A stretch of 64,000 nucleotides of DNA, from the sequence record DRR378314_223; one strand, written 5' to 3'. The stretch's first letter is position 1. Each line of letters begins with the position of its first letter. Made by a program: the position numbers and the translations under genes. The notes under the pieces are model-generated. The model ran no database searches. It worked only from the letters and a program-made list of their open reading frames with translations, and was not told where the DNA came from. This document shows, in pieces, positions 18,431-28,724 of the stretch.

Positions 18431-19093
18431 ATGTTCGACTATAATTTCCATTGGCGACCAGTGCTGAAGAACTTGCCGGACTTACTTGAGGCGGCATTCC
18501 TTACGCTGCAAGTTGCGGTCCTTGCGATGATCATTGGCATCATCGTTGGCCTATGTCTGGCGCTGATCCGGTTGCACATGAAGGGACCGTTATATTGGTT
18601 CGCCTCGTCTTGGGTGGAAGTGGCCCGCAATACTCCGGCGTTGTTCCAACTGTTCTTCTTCGGCTTCGGATTGGGTGCGGTTGGATGGCACCTGTCGCCC
18701 TATCTCATTGTGCTGACCGGTTTGACATTCAACTGTGCCGGATATCTGGCCGAAAATTTCCGAGGTGGTTTTCAGGCCATTCCTGACACCCAGCTCCGCG
18801 CGTCTCGATCGCTCGGGATGACCGCATGGCAGGCCTACACACGCATCGTAATCCCGCAGGTTTTTCGCATTGTCTACCACCCGGTGACCAACCAGATGGT
18901 CTGGGCCGTCCTGATGTCATCCTTGGGTATGTTGGTCGGGTTTCGTGAGCTTTCGGGTGAGACCCAGTTCTTTGCCAGCCGCACCTTTCGGATCTTCGAA
19001 TACTTCGCTGTCACCGCGGTCATTTACTACGTGATCGTAAAAATCATTCTCGGAGCTGCGCGCCTCTTGGCGACCCGGCTCTTCCGTTACTGA
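18431..19093 (+). CDS. Amino acid ABC permease
   Basis: RNTPALFQ and the EAA-like loop ENFRGGFQAIP...ASRSLGM. Confidence 0.9.
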   Translation: MFDYNFHWRPVLKNLPDLLEAAFLTLQVAVLAMIIGIIVGLCLALIRLHMKGPLYWFASSWVEVARNTPALFQLFFFGFGLGAVGWHLSPYLIVLTGLTFNCAGYLAENFRGGFQAIPDTQLRASRSLGMTAWQAYTRIVIPQVFRIVYHPVTNQMVWAVLMSSLGMLVGFRELSGETQFFASRTFRIFEYFAVTAVIYYVIVKIILGAARLLATRLFRY

Positions 19094-19103
19094 GGGGGCG
19101 ATC

Positions 19104-19766
19104 ATGGAACCTACACTCACCTTCTTTAGCGGCTTCAACGTTAATGATCTTTGGTTTCTGGGCGAGGCCGCATTGCGGACGCTGTGGATTTCGATCCTGT
19201 CGATTTCGCTTGGTACCTTCTTGGGCGTCATGTTCGGATGGATCCTTTATGAGGGCAAAACAACTGCGGCCTTGACGGTCGCACCGATCCTTGACGTCTT
19301 TCGTTCTGTCCCGCTGATCATTCAGTTGGTGCTGTTCTATAACTTTGCGCCGATTGTTGGGTTGAACCTGAATGCGTTCGCTTCCGGCGTTGTGATCCTC
19401 ACAATCTATGCTGCGGCGTTGGTCGCAAACGTGGCGCGCGGAGGTATCGAAGCTGTCGATCAGCCAATGCGGCGCGCTTCACGCAGCCTTGGCATGTCCT
19501 ATTGGCAGGATCTTCGCTACGTCGTGCTACCCATCGGTGGGCGGGCTGTCTTTCCTGCTTGGGTCGGTGTGGCGCTTGGCGTCATGAAAGACAGCGCCCT
19601 GGTATCCGTACTTGGGTATGTCGAGCTGCTGAAAGCCAGCCAAATCCTGATCACTCGAACGCAGGAACCTTTCCTGATCCTTTCTATCGCCGGCGCATTT
19701 TATTTTGCGCTTTCTTATCCGATCTCGCGCTATGCCGCGTCCCTTGAAAAAAGGTGGGCCCAATGA
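19104..19766 (+). CDS. Amino acid ABC permease
   Basis: [16 protein letters not shown]...ASRSLGM and KDSALVS. Confidence 0.9.
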   Translation: MEPTLTFFSGFNVNDLWFLGEAALRTLWISILSISLGTFLGVMFGWILYEGKTTAALTVAPILDVFRSVPLIIQLVLFYNFAPIVGLNLNAFASGVVILTIYAAALVANVARGGIEAVDQPMRRASRSLGMSYWQDLRYVVLPIGGRAVFPAWVGVALGVMKDSALVSVLGYVELLKASQILITRTQEPFLILSIAGAFYFALSYPISRYAASLEKRWAQ

Positions 19767-20485
19767 TTGAAATTCGTGACCTGCACAAATATTTCGGCAG
19801 CTTGCATGTGCTCAAAGGCATCAATCTAGATGTGCCAAAGGGCGAAGTTCTATCCGTCATCGGCGCGTCTGGCTCTGGCAAATCAACGCTGCTTTACTGC
19901 ATCAACGGTCTTGAGCCGATCCAGAAAGGCACCGTCGAAGTAGACAAGACTGATGTCCACGCCAAAGGCACTGACATCAACAAGCTACGCCAGAAACTGG
20001 GTATGGTTTTCCAGCAGTGGAACAGCTTTCCACATCTGACAGCCCTGGAAAATGTTGCCCTCGCGCCGCGGATCGTTAAGGGCGAGACCCGTGCCAAGGC
20101 CCGTGATATGGCCGCCAGGCAACTGAAACACGTGGGCTTGGGTGACAAGCTCGACGTCTATCCAAATGCGCTTTCTGGCGGCCAACAGCAGCGCCTTGCC
20201 ATTGCCCGCGCGCTGGCGATGGAGCCCGAATATATGCTGTTCGACGAGGCCACCTCGGCGCTTGATCCTGAATTGGTTGGCGAGGTTCTCGACACCATGC
20301 GGCTTCTGGCTGATGAGGGCATGACGATGATCTGCGTGACACATGAAATGGGCTTTGCCCGAGATGTGTCAGACAGGGTCGCGTTTTTCCACCAAGGTGT
20401 AATGGAAGAAATCGGGCCTCCCGAGCAGATATTTGGCGAAGCCAAATCAGAACACACCCGCAAATTTCTGGCCAATGTGCGCTGA
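19763..20485 (+). CDS. Amino acid ABC ATP-binding protein (GlnQ-like)
   Basis: [17 protein letters not shown] and [15 protein letters not shown] overlap with the permease. Confidence 0.93.
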   Translation: MIEIRDLHKYFGSLHVLKGINLDVPKGEVLSVIGASGSGKSTLLYCINGLEPIQKGTVEVDKTDVHAKGTDINKLRQKLGMVFQQWNSFPHLTALENVALAPRIVKGETRAKARDMAARQLKHVGLGDKLDVYPNALSGGQQQRLAIARALAMEPEYMLFDEATSALDPELVGEVLDTMRLLADEGMTMICVTHEMGFARDVSDRVAFFHQGVMEEIGPPEQIFGEAKSEHTRKFLANVR

Positions 20486-20524
20486 TCGCGCCGCATCAGC
20501 CCAACGTTTTCTAAAGGATACCCC

Positions 20525-21484
20525 ATGACCAAGAACATTTTTACCGGCACAATGCCCGCCCTCATGACACCCTGCAAAGCTGACCTAAGCCCTGATTATG
20601 AAGCCCTTGTCAAAAAGGGCAACGAGATGATCGCCGCTGGCATGTCGGCGGTGGTTTACTGCGGTTCTATGGGGGATTGGCCGTTGCTGACGGACGAGGA
20701 ACGCATGGAAGGCGTCGCGCAGCTTGTCAAAGCGGGACTTCCTGTTGTTGTCGGGACCGGCGCAATCAACTCGAGGTCTGCCACTGCTCACGCGGCGCAC
20801 GCCCAAAAGGTTGGGGCGGCTGGCCTGATGGTCATCCCGCGCGTTCTGTCCCGCGGTTCTTCGCCCATTGCGCAAAAGAACCACTTCAAGTCAATTCTCG
20901 CGGCTGCACCAGATGTCCCGGCGGTCATATACAACAGCCCCGTTTACGGCTTCGCAACGAAAGCGGACTTGTTCTTTTCCTTGCGTGCAGAGCATCCAAA
21001 CTTGATTGGTTTCAAAGAGTTCGGCGGCAAGGATGACCTGCGATACGCAGCAGAACACATCACTTCGCAGGACGATCAGGTCACTTTGATGGTCGGCGTC
21101 GATACCGAAGTCTATCATGGTTTCGTTAACTGCGGGGCTACAGGCTCAATCACAGGCATCGGCACGGCTTTGCCGAAAGAAGCGCTGCTGCTGGCCGCCC
21201 TGTCGCAGAAAGCCGCCGCAGGCAACGCGGAGGCGCGCAGCCGTGCGCTGGAACTTGAAGAGGCTTTTGGCGTGTTGGCCAGCTTCGATGAGGGCACAGA
21301 CTTGGTGCTTTACTATAAGTATCTGCTCGTTCTGAATGGTGAAGAAGAGTACCGCCTGCATTTCAACGAGACTGATGTTTTGACGGACGCACAGCGCAAC
21401 TACTGTGAACAGCAATATGCATTGTTTCGCACATGGTTCGCGGATTGGTCCAAGCAGGGCGGAGTCATTGCGGAATGCGCGTAA
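20525..21484 (+). CDS. DapA-family enzyme, probable 1-pyrroline-4-hydroxy-2-carboxylate deaminase (HypD/LhpC-like)
   Basis: YCGSMGDW, IYNSP and GFKEFGG; hydroxyproline gene context. Confidence 0.85.
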   Translation: MTKNIFTGTMPALMTPCKADLSPDYEALVKKGNEMIAAGMSAVVYCGSMGDWPLLTDEERMEGVAQLVKAGLPVVVGTGAINSRSATAHAAHAQKVGAAGLMVIPRVLSRGSSPIAQKNHFKSILAAAPDVPAVIYNSPVYGFATKADLFFSLRAEHPNLIGFKEFGGKDDLRYAAEHITSQDDQVTLMVGVDTEVYHGFVNCGATGSITGIGTALPKEALLLAALSQKAAAGNAEARSRALELEEAFGVLASFDEGTDLVLYYKYLLVLNGEEEYRLHFNETDVLTDAQRNYCEQQYALFRTWFADWSKQGGVIAECA

Positions 21485-22407
21485 TCGACAGCCATACGGG
21501 TGGAATGCCCACACGAGTGATCCTCGACGGTGCCCCCGACCTTGGGTCGGGAGCGCTGGACGAGCGTGCCCAGCGGCTGGCCGACGCGCATGAGGGCTTT
21601 TATAAATCTGTCATTCTTGAGCCACGCGGGCAGCCCGGTATGGTTGGTGCGCTGCTGGTCGAGCCGGTCGATCCAGACTGCGTTGCAGGTGTAATCTATT
21701 TCAATGCCAATGCGGTTTTGGGCATGTGTGGCCATGGTACGATCGGGCTTGCGGTGACGCTGGCTCATCTGGGTCGGATCAATGCGGGCCATCACAAGAT
21801 CGAAACGCCGGTAGGTGTGGTTGAAGTCGATCTCTTGGATGACAGCACCGTAACGGTAACCAACGTGGAAAGCCGTCGTATTCGCAAGGACGTGCCCCTT
21901 GAGGTCGAAGGGTTGGGAATGGTCACTGGTGATGTGAGCTTTGGCGGTAACTGGTTCTTTATCGTAAATCCAAGCCCGGTCCCTGTTGTGCCTAGCAACA
22001 TACGGAATCTGACCGACGCTGCGATTGCTGTGCGCAAAGCTGCTATCAAAGCGGGTCTTGGCAGCGAAACCGGTAAGCCAATTGATCACGTGGTTTTCCA
22101 AGGCCCCTCCGATGACCTCGCAATACATGGTCGCAATTTTGTTCTCTGTCCCGATGACACCTATGATCGCTCGCCATGCGGCACAGGCAGCTCCGCGCGT
22201 TTGGCCTGTCTGGCGGCGAACGGGTGTTTGGGTGCTGGCGAAGAGATCATCCAAGAAAGTGTTATCGGCAGTCCTTACCGGCTCTCTTTTCAACATGGAC
22301 CGAACGGCGGTGTGATACCGACCATCACAGGGCAGGCCTTTGTGATGGCTGAAAGCAATCTGCTGTTCAGCGCGAGTGATCCGTTTCGGGGCGGTATCGT
22401 ACTTTAG
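21475..22407 (+). CDS. Proline racemase family, 4-hydroxyproline 2-epimerase
   Basis: DSHTGG, MCGH and DRSPCGTGSSA (Cys/Cys catalytic pair). Confidence 0.9.
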   Translation: MRVIDSHTGGMPTRVILDGAPDLGSGALDERAQRLADAHEGFYKSVILEPRGQPGMVGALLVEPVDPDCVAGVIYFNANAVLGMCGHGTIGLAVTLAHLGRINAGHHKIETPVGVVEVDLLDDSTVTVTNVESRRIRKDVPLEVEGLGMVTGDVSFGGNWFFIVNPSPVPVVPSNIRNLTDAAIAVRKAAIKAGLGSETGKPIDHVVFQGPSDDLAIHGRNFVLCPDDTYDRSPCGTGSSARLACLAANGCLGAGEEIIQESVIGSPYRLSFQHGPNGGVIPTITGQAFVMAESNLLFSASDPFRGGIVL

Positions 22408-22487
22408 GTTTTCTGGGCAGCGTTTCCCCTGTTTGCACGCCAAGATCGAATGCACCACGCGCGTGCATCGCAATGCGAGATAAAACT

Positions 22488-23729
22488 ATGCGAGACGAAA
22501 CCATCATTGTCGTCGGTGCCGGTATCATTGGCATCAGCGTTGCATTGGAGTTGCAGACCCGTGGCCTGAAGGTGCGCGTTTTGGATCGCAAGGGGATCGC
22601 TGCCGAAGCTTCGGAAGGCAATGCCGGTGCATTTGCCTTTACCGACATTATTCCCTTGGCCACCCCGGGCGTGATGCGCAGAGCCCCGAAATGGCTGCTA
22701 GACCCGACGGGACCGTTATCCATTCCACCCGCTTACGCGCTAAGGATTGCGCCTTGGATGCTTCGGTTTTGGCGCGCCAGCTGGCAGGACAGATATCAAG
22801 CATCGGTAGAGGCTCAGACACGACTGATGGATATATCGCGCGCTGCACTCAACCGCCAGATTGCGGCAGTCGACGGCGAATTTATGATGATGCGCGAAGG
22901 CCAGCTGCAACTTTTCGAAGGCGAAAAGGAATTCCGCAACAGTCTGCCCAACTGGGAGATGCGCCGCAGAAGCGGTATCAAATTCTCCCTGTTGGAAAGC
23001 CCGGACCTCATTGCCGAAATCCAACCTGGTCTCCACCCAAGGTTTACGCATGCTGCATTCACCCCGGACTGGATAAACACTACCGACCCAAAGGCCTGGA
23101 CCAGATATTTGGCAAAGTGTTTTTTTGATAGGGGCGGCGTGTTAGAAAAGGCCAATGTCACGTCGATTGCTCAAAATCATGCAAAGTCTGCAGTGTTCAC
23201 CACCTTAGGTGAACTTGAGGCAGATAAAATCGTCATTGCTGCCGGCGCATGGTCACACCAATTGGCGCGTACACTAGGCGACAAAATCCCTCTTGAGACC
23301 GAGCGTGGATATAACACCACTCTTCCAGAAGGGGCCTTTGACTTGCGCACGCATCTGACGTTTGGAGGGCACGGTTTTGTTGTGTCCAAGATAGCAGGAG
23401 GTGTGCGTGTCGGCGGCGCTGTCGAGCTGGGCGGACTGGCGCTGGCCCCCAATTACAAGCGCGCAGAGATATTGTTGCAAAAGGCAGCACAGTTCTTGCC
23501 TGAGCTGAACACCGAGGGTGGCAAACAGTGGATGGGGTTTCGCCCCTCAATGCCCGACAGTTTGCCGGTAATTGGCCGATCACCCCGTGCGAACAATGTG
23601 ATCTACGCATTTGGCCATGGCCACCTCGGGCTGACCCAATCGGCGGGTACCGCCGAAACGGTCGCAGATATCATTACCAACACTACCACTGCCCTGCCGA
23701 TTGAGGCCTATTCACCAAGACGTTTCTGA
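22488..23729 (+). CDS. FAD-dependent D-amino acid dehydrogenase, probable cis-4-hydroxy-D-proline dehydrogenase (HypO-like)
   Basis: [29 protein letters not shown] and GHGHLGLT; alternative start 22473. Confidence 0.85.
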   Translation: MRDETIIVVGAGIIGISVALELQTRGLKVRVLDRKGIAAEASEGNAGAFAFTDIIPLATPGVMRRAPKWLLDPTGPLSIPPAYALRIAPWMLRFWRASWQDRYQASVEAQTRLMDISRAALNRQIAAVDGEFMMMREGQLQLFEGEKEFRNSLPNWEMRRRSGIKFSLLESPDLIAEIQPGLHPRFTHAAFTPDWINTTDPKAWTRYLAKCFFDRGGVLEKANVTSIAQNHAKSAVFTTLGELEADKIVIAAGAWSHQLARTLGDKIPLETERGYNTTLPEGAFDLRTHLTFGGHGFVVSKIAGGVRVGGAVELGGLALAPNYKRAEILLQKAAQFLPELNTEGGKQWMGFRPSMPDSLPVIGRSPRANNVIYAFGHGHLGLTQSAGTAETVADIITNTTTALPIEAYSPRRF

Positions 23730-23739
23730 AAGGGACACA

Positions 23740-24843
23740 ATGAAAATCTCAGCACTCAACATTTTTCAAGTAGATCTTCCGCTAAAAGAAGGTCGCTATA
23801 GCTGGTCGAATGGCAATTTTATCGAAGTCTTCGACAGCACGGTTTTGGAACTCATCACCGATGAAGGGCTTAAGGGCTACGCCGAGTGCTGCCCGCTGGG
23901 GTCGGCCTATCTGCCCTCCTTTGCGCTTGGTGTGCGGGCGGGGTTGGCTGAACTTGCTCCGCATCTGATCGGACAAGACCCGCTGAACATCGGCGAGATC
24001 AATCGGATCATGGATGCGGCTTTACGTGGGCATCCTTACGCCAAAGCGCCCGTTGATATTGCCTGCTGGGATCTGCTTGGAAAGGCGACAGGGCAGCCAC
24101 TTTATACGCTTCTGGGTGGGGCTGCACAGGACGATGTTGTACTTTATCGCGCCATCAGCCAAGAGGTGCCAGAGGTCATGGCCGCCAAGATTGAAGGCTA
24201 TGCAAACGAGGGGTACACGAAGTTCCAGCTCAAAGTCGGAGGCGACGCAAATGAGGATATCAATCGTATCCACGCCACCCGCGCTGTCCTGAAAAAATCT
24301 GACCTGCTTGTTGCTGACGCCAACACCGGATGGACCCGGCACGAAGCTGCGCGCGTGGTCAGTGCAATCGCGAACCTTGATGTCTATGTCGAACAGCCTT
24401 GTCAGACGTATGAAGAATGCGTCTCGATCCGACGTCGCACAACATTGCCCTTTGTCATGGATGAAGTAATCGACACACCGAATACACTGGTGCGTGGAAT
24501 TGCCGAGGATGCAATGGACGTGATCAACCTGAAAATATCCAAGGTGGGCGGGTTGAGCAAAGCAAGGCTGATGCGTGATCTTTGCGTGGCCCATGGTATT
24601 CCGATGACCATTGAAGACACGTGGGGCGGGGACATCACCACCGCAACCATCGCCCATTTGGCGCGTTCTACCTCGTCAGAGTTCACATTTTCGGCGACGG
24701 ATTTTAACTCCTACGGCACAGTCACCATCGCCGAAGGTGCGCCTAAGCGCGTCAACGGACGAATGACGGCATCTGATCGCCCCGGCCTTGGCATCACCCC
24801 CGTTTTTGATGCGCTGGGTGACCCGGTGGCCAGCTATTCGTAA
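23740..24843 (+). CDS. Mandelate racemase/MLE family, probable cis-3-hydroxy-L-proline dehydratase
   Basis: QLK (Q in place of the first Lys of KxK), [18 protein letters not shown] and EDTWGG; lies next to a Pyr2C reductase. Confidence 0.78.
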   Translation: MKISALNIFQVDLPLKEGRYSWSNGNFIEVFDSTVLELITDEGLKGYAECCPLGSAYLPSFALGVRAGLAELAPHLIGQDPLNIGEINRIMDAALRGHPYAKAPVDIACWDLLGKATGQPLYTLLGGAAQDDVVLYRAISQEVPEVMAAKIEGYANEGYTKFQLKVGGDANEDINRIHATRAVLKKSDLLVADANTGWTRHEAARVVSAIANLDVYVEQPCQTYEECVSIRRRTTLPFVMDEVIDTPNTLVRGIAEDAMDVINLKISKVGGLSKARLMRDLCVAHGIPMTIEDTWGGDITTATIAHLARSTSSEFTFSATDFNSYGTVTIAEGAPKRVNGRMTASDRPGLGITPVFDALGDPVASYS

Positions 24844-24850
24844 AGAGACA

Positions 24851-25867
24851 TTAATCCAGCAAAGCTAGCAGATCGCGGTATAGCTCGCTTGGAATCTCAA
24901 CATAGCCGCGCGCGCGATTGCGTGCGCGGGCCTCAAACCGTCGTTGTGATGGCAATCTTGCGCCCTGATCAAGAATGTCGGCAAACAGTCTTTCCGCGCG
25001 GGTGTCATTTTGCTCTGCGCGCCCACCGCTGAACTGACTTGGGTCAAACGCCAGAATGATCTGGCCGTGATAAGGCGCGCCACTTCTGCCTTCGGCGAAC
25101 TCCATGCTTTCCAAGCTGGTCATGTCGTCGATCAATGGCCCTGCGAGAAGTTCAATCATGATCGACAACGCTGACCCCTTGTAGCCGCCAAAGGTGAGCA
25201 TTGCCCCATCAAGTGCCGCCTGTGGATCGTTGGTCGGGTTGCCGTCCGAATCCACTGCGACCCCGTTGGGCAAGGGCTTGGATGCGCGCTTATAAAGCTC
25301 GATTTCACCCCGTGCAAAGGCGCTGGTGGCAAAGTCGAAGGTAAACGGGTTCCCGCTTTGCCGTGGCCAAGAAAAGGCAAGAGGATTTGTGCCCAGCGTG
25401 CCGCGCTTGCCGCCTGCGGGGGCAACCCAAGAGTGGCTGGGCACCATCGCCATCCCGACAAGGCCAGCCGCTGATAATCGTTCAACTTCAGGCCACAAAG
25501 CCGAAAACTGGAAGCAACGGTTGACGGCCATCGCTGCGATCCCATGCCTGCGCGCCTTTTCGATCAGCACCGGCAGGGCAGCATCCACCGCCAGCAGAGA
25601 CATACCGCCCCGCGCGTCGACCCGTACTATCGCATTGTCCGACGGCTCAACTATCGGGCGTACCTGTCCATCAATCTTGCCAGCTTTCATTGTCTGCACG
25701 CACATAAGCAGGCGGAACAATCCATGTGACTGGCAGTCGTCCAGCTGGCAGGTGTACAGCATCTCGGCGATTGCATCGGCATGGGCCGGGCCATAGCCTG
25801 CGCCGGTCAGGACCTGCGTGCTCAGGCTTCTGATTTCATCAAGATTGATCTGAACAAAAGTGCTCAT
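24851..25867 (-). CDS. Ldh_2 family oxidoreductase, probable delta1-pyrroline-2-carboxylate reductase (DpkA/LhpD-like)
   Basis: SHGLFRL, FSALWPEVE, GTNPLAF, FDFATS and FGGYKGS. Confidence 0.85.
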   Translation of the reverse strand: MSTFVQINLDEIRSLSTQVLTGAGYGPAHADAIAEMLYTCQLDDCQSHGLFRLLMCVQTMKAGKIDGQVRPIVEPSDNAIVRVDARGGMSLLAVDAALPVLIEKARRHGIAAMAVNRCFQFSALWPEVERLSAAGLVGMAMVPSHSWVAPAGGKRGTLGTNPLAFSWPRQSGNPFTFDFATSAFARGEIELYKRASKPLPNGVAVDSDGNPTNDPQAALDGAMLTFGGYKGSALSIMIELLAGPLIDDMTSLESMEFAEGRSGAPYHGQIILAFDPSQFSGGRAEQNDTRAERLFADILDQGARLPSQRRFEARARNRARGYVEIPSELYRDLLALLD

Positions 25868-26027
25868 AGTCTTTTCCAGTCATGTAAAGCTTTAGCTTTG
25901 GATATCGGATAATGTATCTATAAAGGTCCGTACACCTATTTTCGAAGCCAGAGTTCGATTCAACTTGGTGTTTCAAGGGGCAGCGACTATTTGTATCCAA
26001 AATTCAATGATTTGAGGTCTGATTGGT

Positions 26028-26708
26028 ATGGCAGGAAAACGCGCGGTTATTAAACAGAGCCTTCCGGAAGTGATCGCAAATGATCTACGGGAGCGCATAC
26101 TGAGTGGGGAAATGGCCGAAGGCGAAATCATCCGGCAGGAAGCTCTCGCAGAGGAATATGATGTCTCTCGTATGCCTGTCCGCGAGGCGCTTAAACGGCT
26201 CAATGCTGAGGGACTTGTCCAATGGACAAACAACCGCGGTGGGTCGGTGACTAAACACTCGCTCGGCCAGATCGGCGAGATTTTTGACCTGCGTACGCTG
26301 ATCGAGGTAGATCTGTTCCGCCGCGCTATTCCCAAAATGACGAAGGCAGATTTCGAGCGCAGCGAGAAGCTCCTCGAAGAGATGGAAACCTCATATGCCG
26401 AGGATGACGTAGGTAAATGGGGGTCGCTGAACTATGCATATCATTCAGCCCTGTATCGAGCGGCTGGACGTGAACTGACCACCGAGCTTCTGGATCGGAT
26501 CAACTTGCAATCAGACCGTTATGTGCGCTTGCACCTGAGCGTTATGAAGCAACGAGAGCCGGCAAAGGAAGAGCACCGCGAGTTACTCCGGCTTGCCAAA
26601 CAGGGCTTGGTTGATGAAGCCTGCGAGATTCTGGCCCAGCATATTGGACGAACGAAAGACCAGCTTCTTGAAATGGTCATGGCAAAACGGGCGCTCGAAG
26701 TCACCTAG
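26028..26708 (+). CDS. GntR-family regulator of the hydroxyproline cluster (HypR-like)
   Basis: LAEEYDVSRMPVREAL HTH plus FCD domain; operator half-site TTGTATCCAA at 25991-26000 upstream. Confidence 0.88.
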   Translation: MAGKRAVIKQSLPEVIANDLRERILSGEMAEGEIIRQEALAEEYDVSRMPVREALKRLNAEGLVQWTNNRGGSVTKHSLGQIGEIFDLRTLIEVDLFRRAIPKMTKADFERSEKLLEEMETSYAEDDVGKWGSLNYAYHSALYRAAGRELTTELLDRINLQSDRYVRLHLSVMKQREPAKEEHRELLRLAKQGLVDEACEILAQHIGRTKDQLLEMVMAKRALEVT

Positions 26709-26719
26709 AGGCACTCCAA

Positions 26720-26770
26720 TTGGATACAGCCTTGCGTTTCGCTTCTTAAATTGGATACAATATCCATAAA
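26720..26770. promoter_or_regulatory. Hydroxyproline-regulon operators upstream of KGSA dehydrogenase
   Basis: TTGGATACAG (26720-26729) and TTGGATACAATATCCATAAA (26751-26770). Confidence 0.75.
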
Positions 26771-26799
26771 TACGATTCCCAAAATATAATGAGACTGAC

Positions 26800-28314
26800 A
26801 TGACTTATGTTCCTCACGGAAAACACCTGATCGCGGGCGAATGGGTTGCCGGTGATTCCACATTTCCTTCTGAGCCCGCTCAGGGGCCGACGCATGATTT
26901 TGCGGTTGGTCGCGTATCAGACGTAGATGCCGCCGCCCAAGCGGCTGAAGAGGCATTCTGGAGCTACGGCTATTCAACGCGAGAAGAGCGCGCCACCTTC
27001 CTCAACACCATTGCCGATGAGATCGAAGCACGCGCTGATGCGATAACTGAAATTGGCAGTCAGGAATCCGGTCTGCCCAAAGCGCGGCTGCGGGGCGAAC
27101 GTGGGCGTACCGTTGGCCAGCTACGCCTGTTCGGCGAGCATATCCTGAAGGGCGACTATCTGGATCGACGCCATGATGGGGCACTGCCAGATCGACAGCC
27201 TCTGGCGCGACCTGATCTGAAAATGGTCCAGCGCCCAATCGGCCCGGTCGCCGTGTTTGGGGCTTCAAACTTCCCACTCGCATTCTCGACCGCTGGTGGT
27301 GACACAGCGGCGGCGTTGGCAGCAGGCTGCCCCGTCATTGTCAAAGGCCACAGCGCCCACCCGGGCACTGGCGAAATCGTGGCCGAAGCCGTTAACGCGG
27401 CTGTCAAGAAATGCGGTTTGCATCCGGGTGTCTTTAGCCTGGTTCAAGGTGGAGACCGAAAAGTGGGCGCGGCTCTGGTGCAGCACCCCTTGGTCAAGGC
27501 GGTTGGCTTTACCGGATCGCTGGGCGGTGGTCGCGCCCTATTCGACCTTTGCGCTGCGCGCCCCGAACCGATCCCGTTCTTCGGCGAGCTTGGGTCAGTC
27601 AATCCGATGTTCCTGTTTGCTAACGCCATGGCCAACCGCGGAGAAGAGATTGCCGAAGGCTGGGCCGCGTCTTTGACGATGGGCGCAGGTCAGTTCTGTA
27701 CCAATCCGGGCGTCGCTGTCATGCTATCCGGTGATCAGTCCGACCGCTTTGCCAGTACCATGCAACAGGCGCTGGCTGATGTACCGCCCCAAACCATGTT
27801 GACCGATGGCATTGCTGTCGCTTACCGCAACGGCCAAAAACGGATAGCGGACACAGGTGGCGTGCAAGAGGTGCTGACTTCCATGTGCGATCAGCGTAAT
27901 GCCACGCCGTACCTGTACCAGACCACAGCTAAGAACTGGATTGAAAACCAAACACTTGCCGAAGAAGTATTCGGCCCGCTTGGTGTGATTGTTTGTGCCG
28001 AAAACGCGGATGAAATGCGCCAAGTTGCACTTAGCTTGCAAGGACAGCTGACCTGCACCTTGCACATGGACGAGGAAGACACGGAAGCGGCAAGGTCGCT
28101 TATGCCAATCCTCGAACGCAAGGCTGGACGTGTACTTGCAAACGGCTTCCCCACCGGCGTCGAAGTCAGTGACTCCATGGTCCACGGCGGCCCCTACCCG
28201 GCCTCGACCAATTTTGGCGCAACATCGGTTGGTACGTTGTCGATCCGACGTTTCCTGCGTCCGGTTTGCTATCAGAACCTTCCGGACACCTTTGTGCCCG
28301 AGTGCTTTTCTTGA
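26800..28314 (+). CDS. Alpha-ketoglutaric semialdehyde dehydrogenase (NADP+ ALDH)
   Basis: FGASNFPLAFSTAGGDTA, FTGS, ELGSVNP, GQFCTNPG, EEVFGP and HGGPYPAS. Confidence 0.9.
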   Translation: MTYVPHGKHLIAGEWVAGDSTFPSEPAQGPTHDFAVGRVSDVDAAAQAAEEAFWSYGYSTREERATFLNTIADEIEARADAITEIGSQESGLPKARLRGERGRTVGQLRLFGEHILKGDYLDRRHDGALPDRQPLARPDLKMVQRPIGPVAVFGASNFPLAFSTAGGDTAAALAAGCPVIVKGHSAHPGTGEIVAEAVNAAVKKCGLHPGVFSLVQGGDRKVGAALVQHPLVKAVGFTGSLGGGRALFDLCAARPEPIPFFGELGSVNPMFLFANAMANRGEEIAEGWAASLTMGAGQFCTNPGVAVMLSGDQSDRFASTMQQALADVPPQTMLTDGIAVAYRNGQKRIADTGGVQEVLTSMCDQRNATPYLYQTTAKNWIENQTLAEEVFGPLGVIVCAENADEMRQVALSLQGQLTCTLHMDEEDTEAARSLMPILERKAGRVLANGFPTGVEVSDSMVHGGPYPASTNFGATSVGTLSIRRFLRPVCYQNLPDTFVPECFS

Positions 28315-28329
28315 CACTACAAAAAATCT

Positions 28330-28355
28330 ACCGGCTCGATTTTTCGGGCCGGTTT
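28330..28355 (+). terminator. Probable intrinsic terminator
   Basis: ACCGGCTCGA-TTTT-TCGGGCCGGT-TT just after the ALDH stop. Confidence 0.55.
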
Positions 28356-28636
28356 CCGGCTTGGGTGCCGATATTCCACAACCCGCCCAACATTGTTTGG
28401 CGGTAAGATCTCATTGGCATCCTGCTCGATACTCACAGATCAGCGAACATGTATTTAGTGCCTTCGCTGCTAACAGCTCTCCCCGATCTCATACCGCTAT
28501 ACCGCGCGCGCACCTTCAGCCTTGGGGCGATTAAGCCGTTGAAAACGCTGTATTATCCAATCTTTCAAAGCTTCACAAGTTAACGCAATTAACCTGGAAA
28601 TACCTCTCAATCTAATCGGCTGAGCAAGATGTAAAT

Positions 28637-28696
28637 GTGCGATAGTCGAACGCGATTACGAAATATTTGACAGAAATTTCTTATTCTCGATATTCA
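28637..28696 (+). promoter_or_regulatory. PcaR/PobR-type IclR box plus sigma70-like promoter of the TRAP operon
   Basis: GTGCGATAGTCGAAC (28637-28651), perfect TTGACA (28667-28672) and a TATTCA-like -10. Confidence 0.6.
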
Positions 28697-28724
28697 CTCA
28701 AGGGAATTTCTGGAGGATACACCC

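Noticed and set aside
21400..22473. 357-aa minus-strand ORF
   Set aside because: Antisense shadow of the proline racemase-family gene, with no recognisable motifs.
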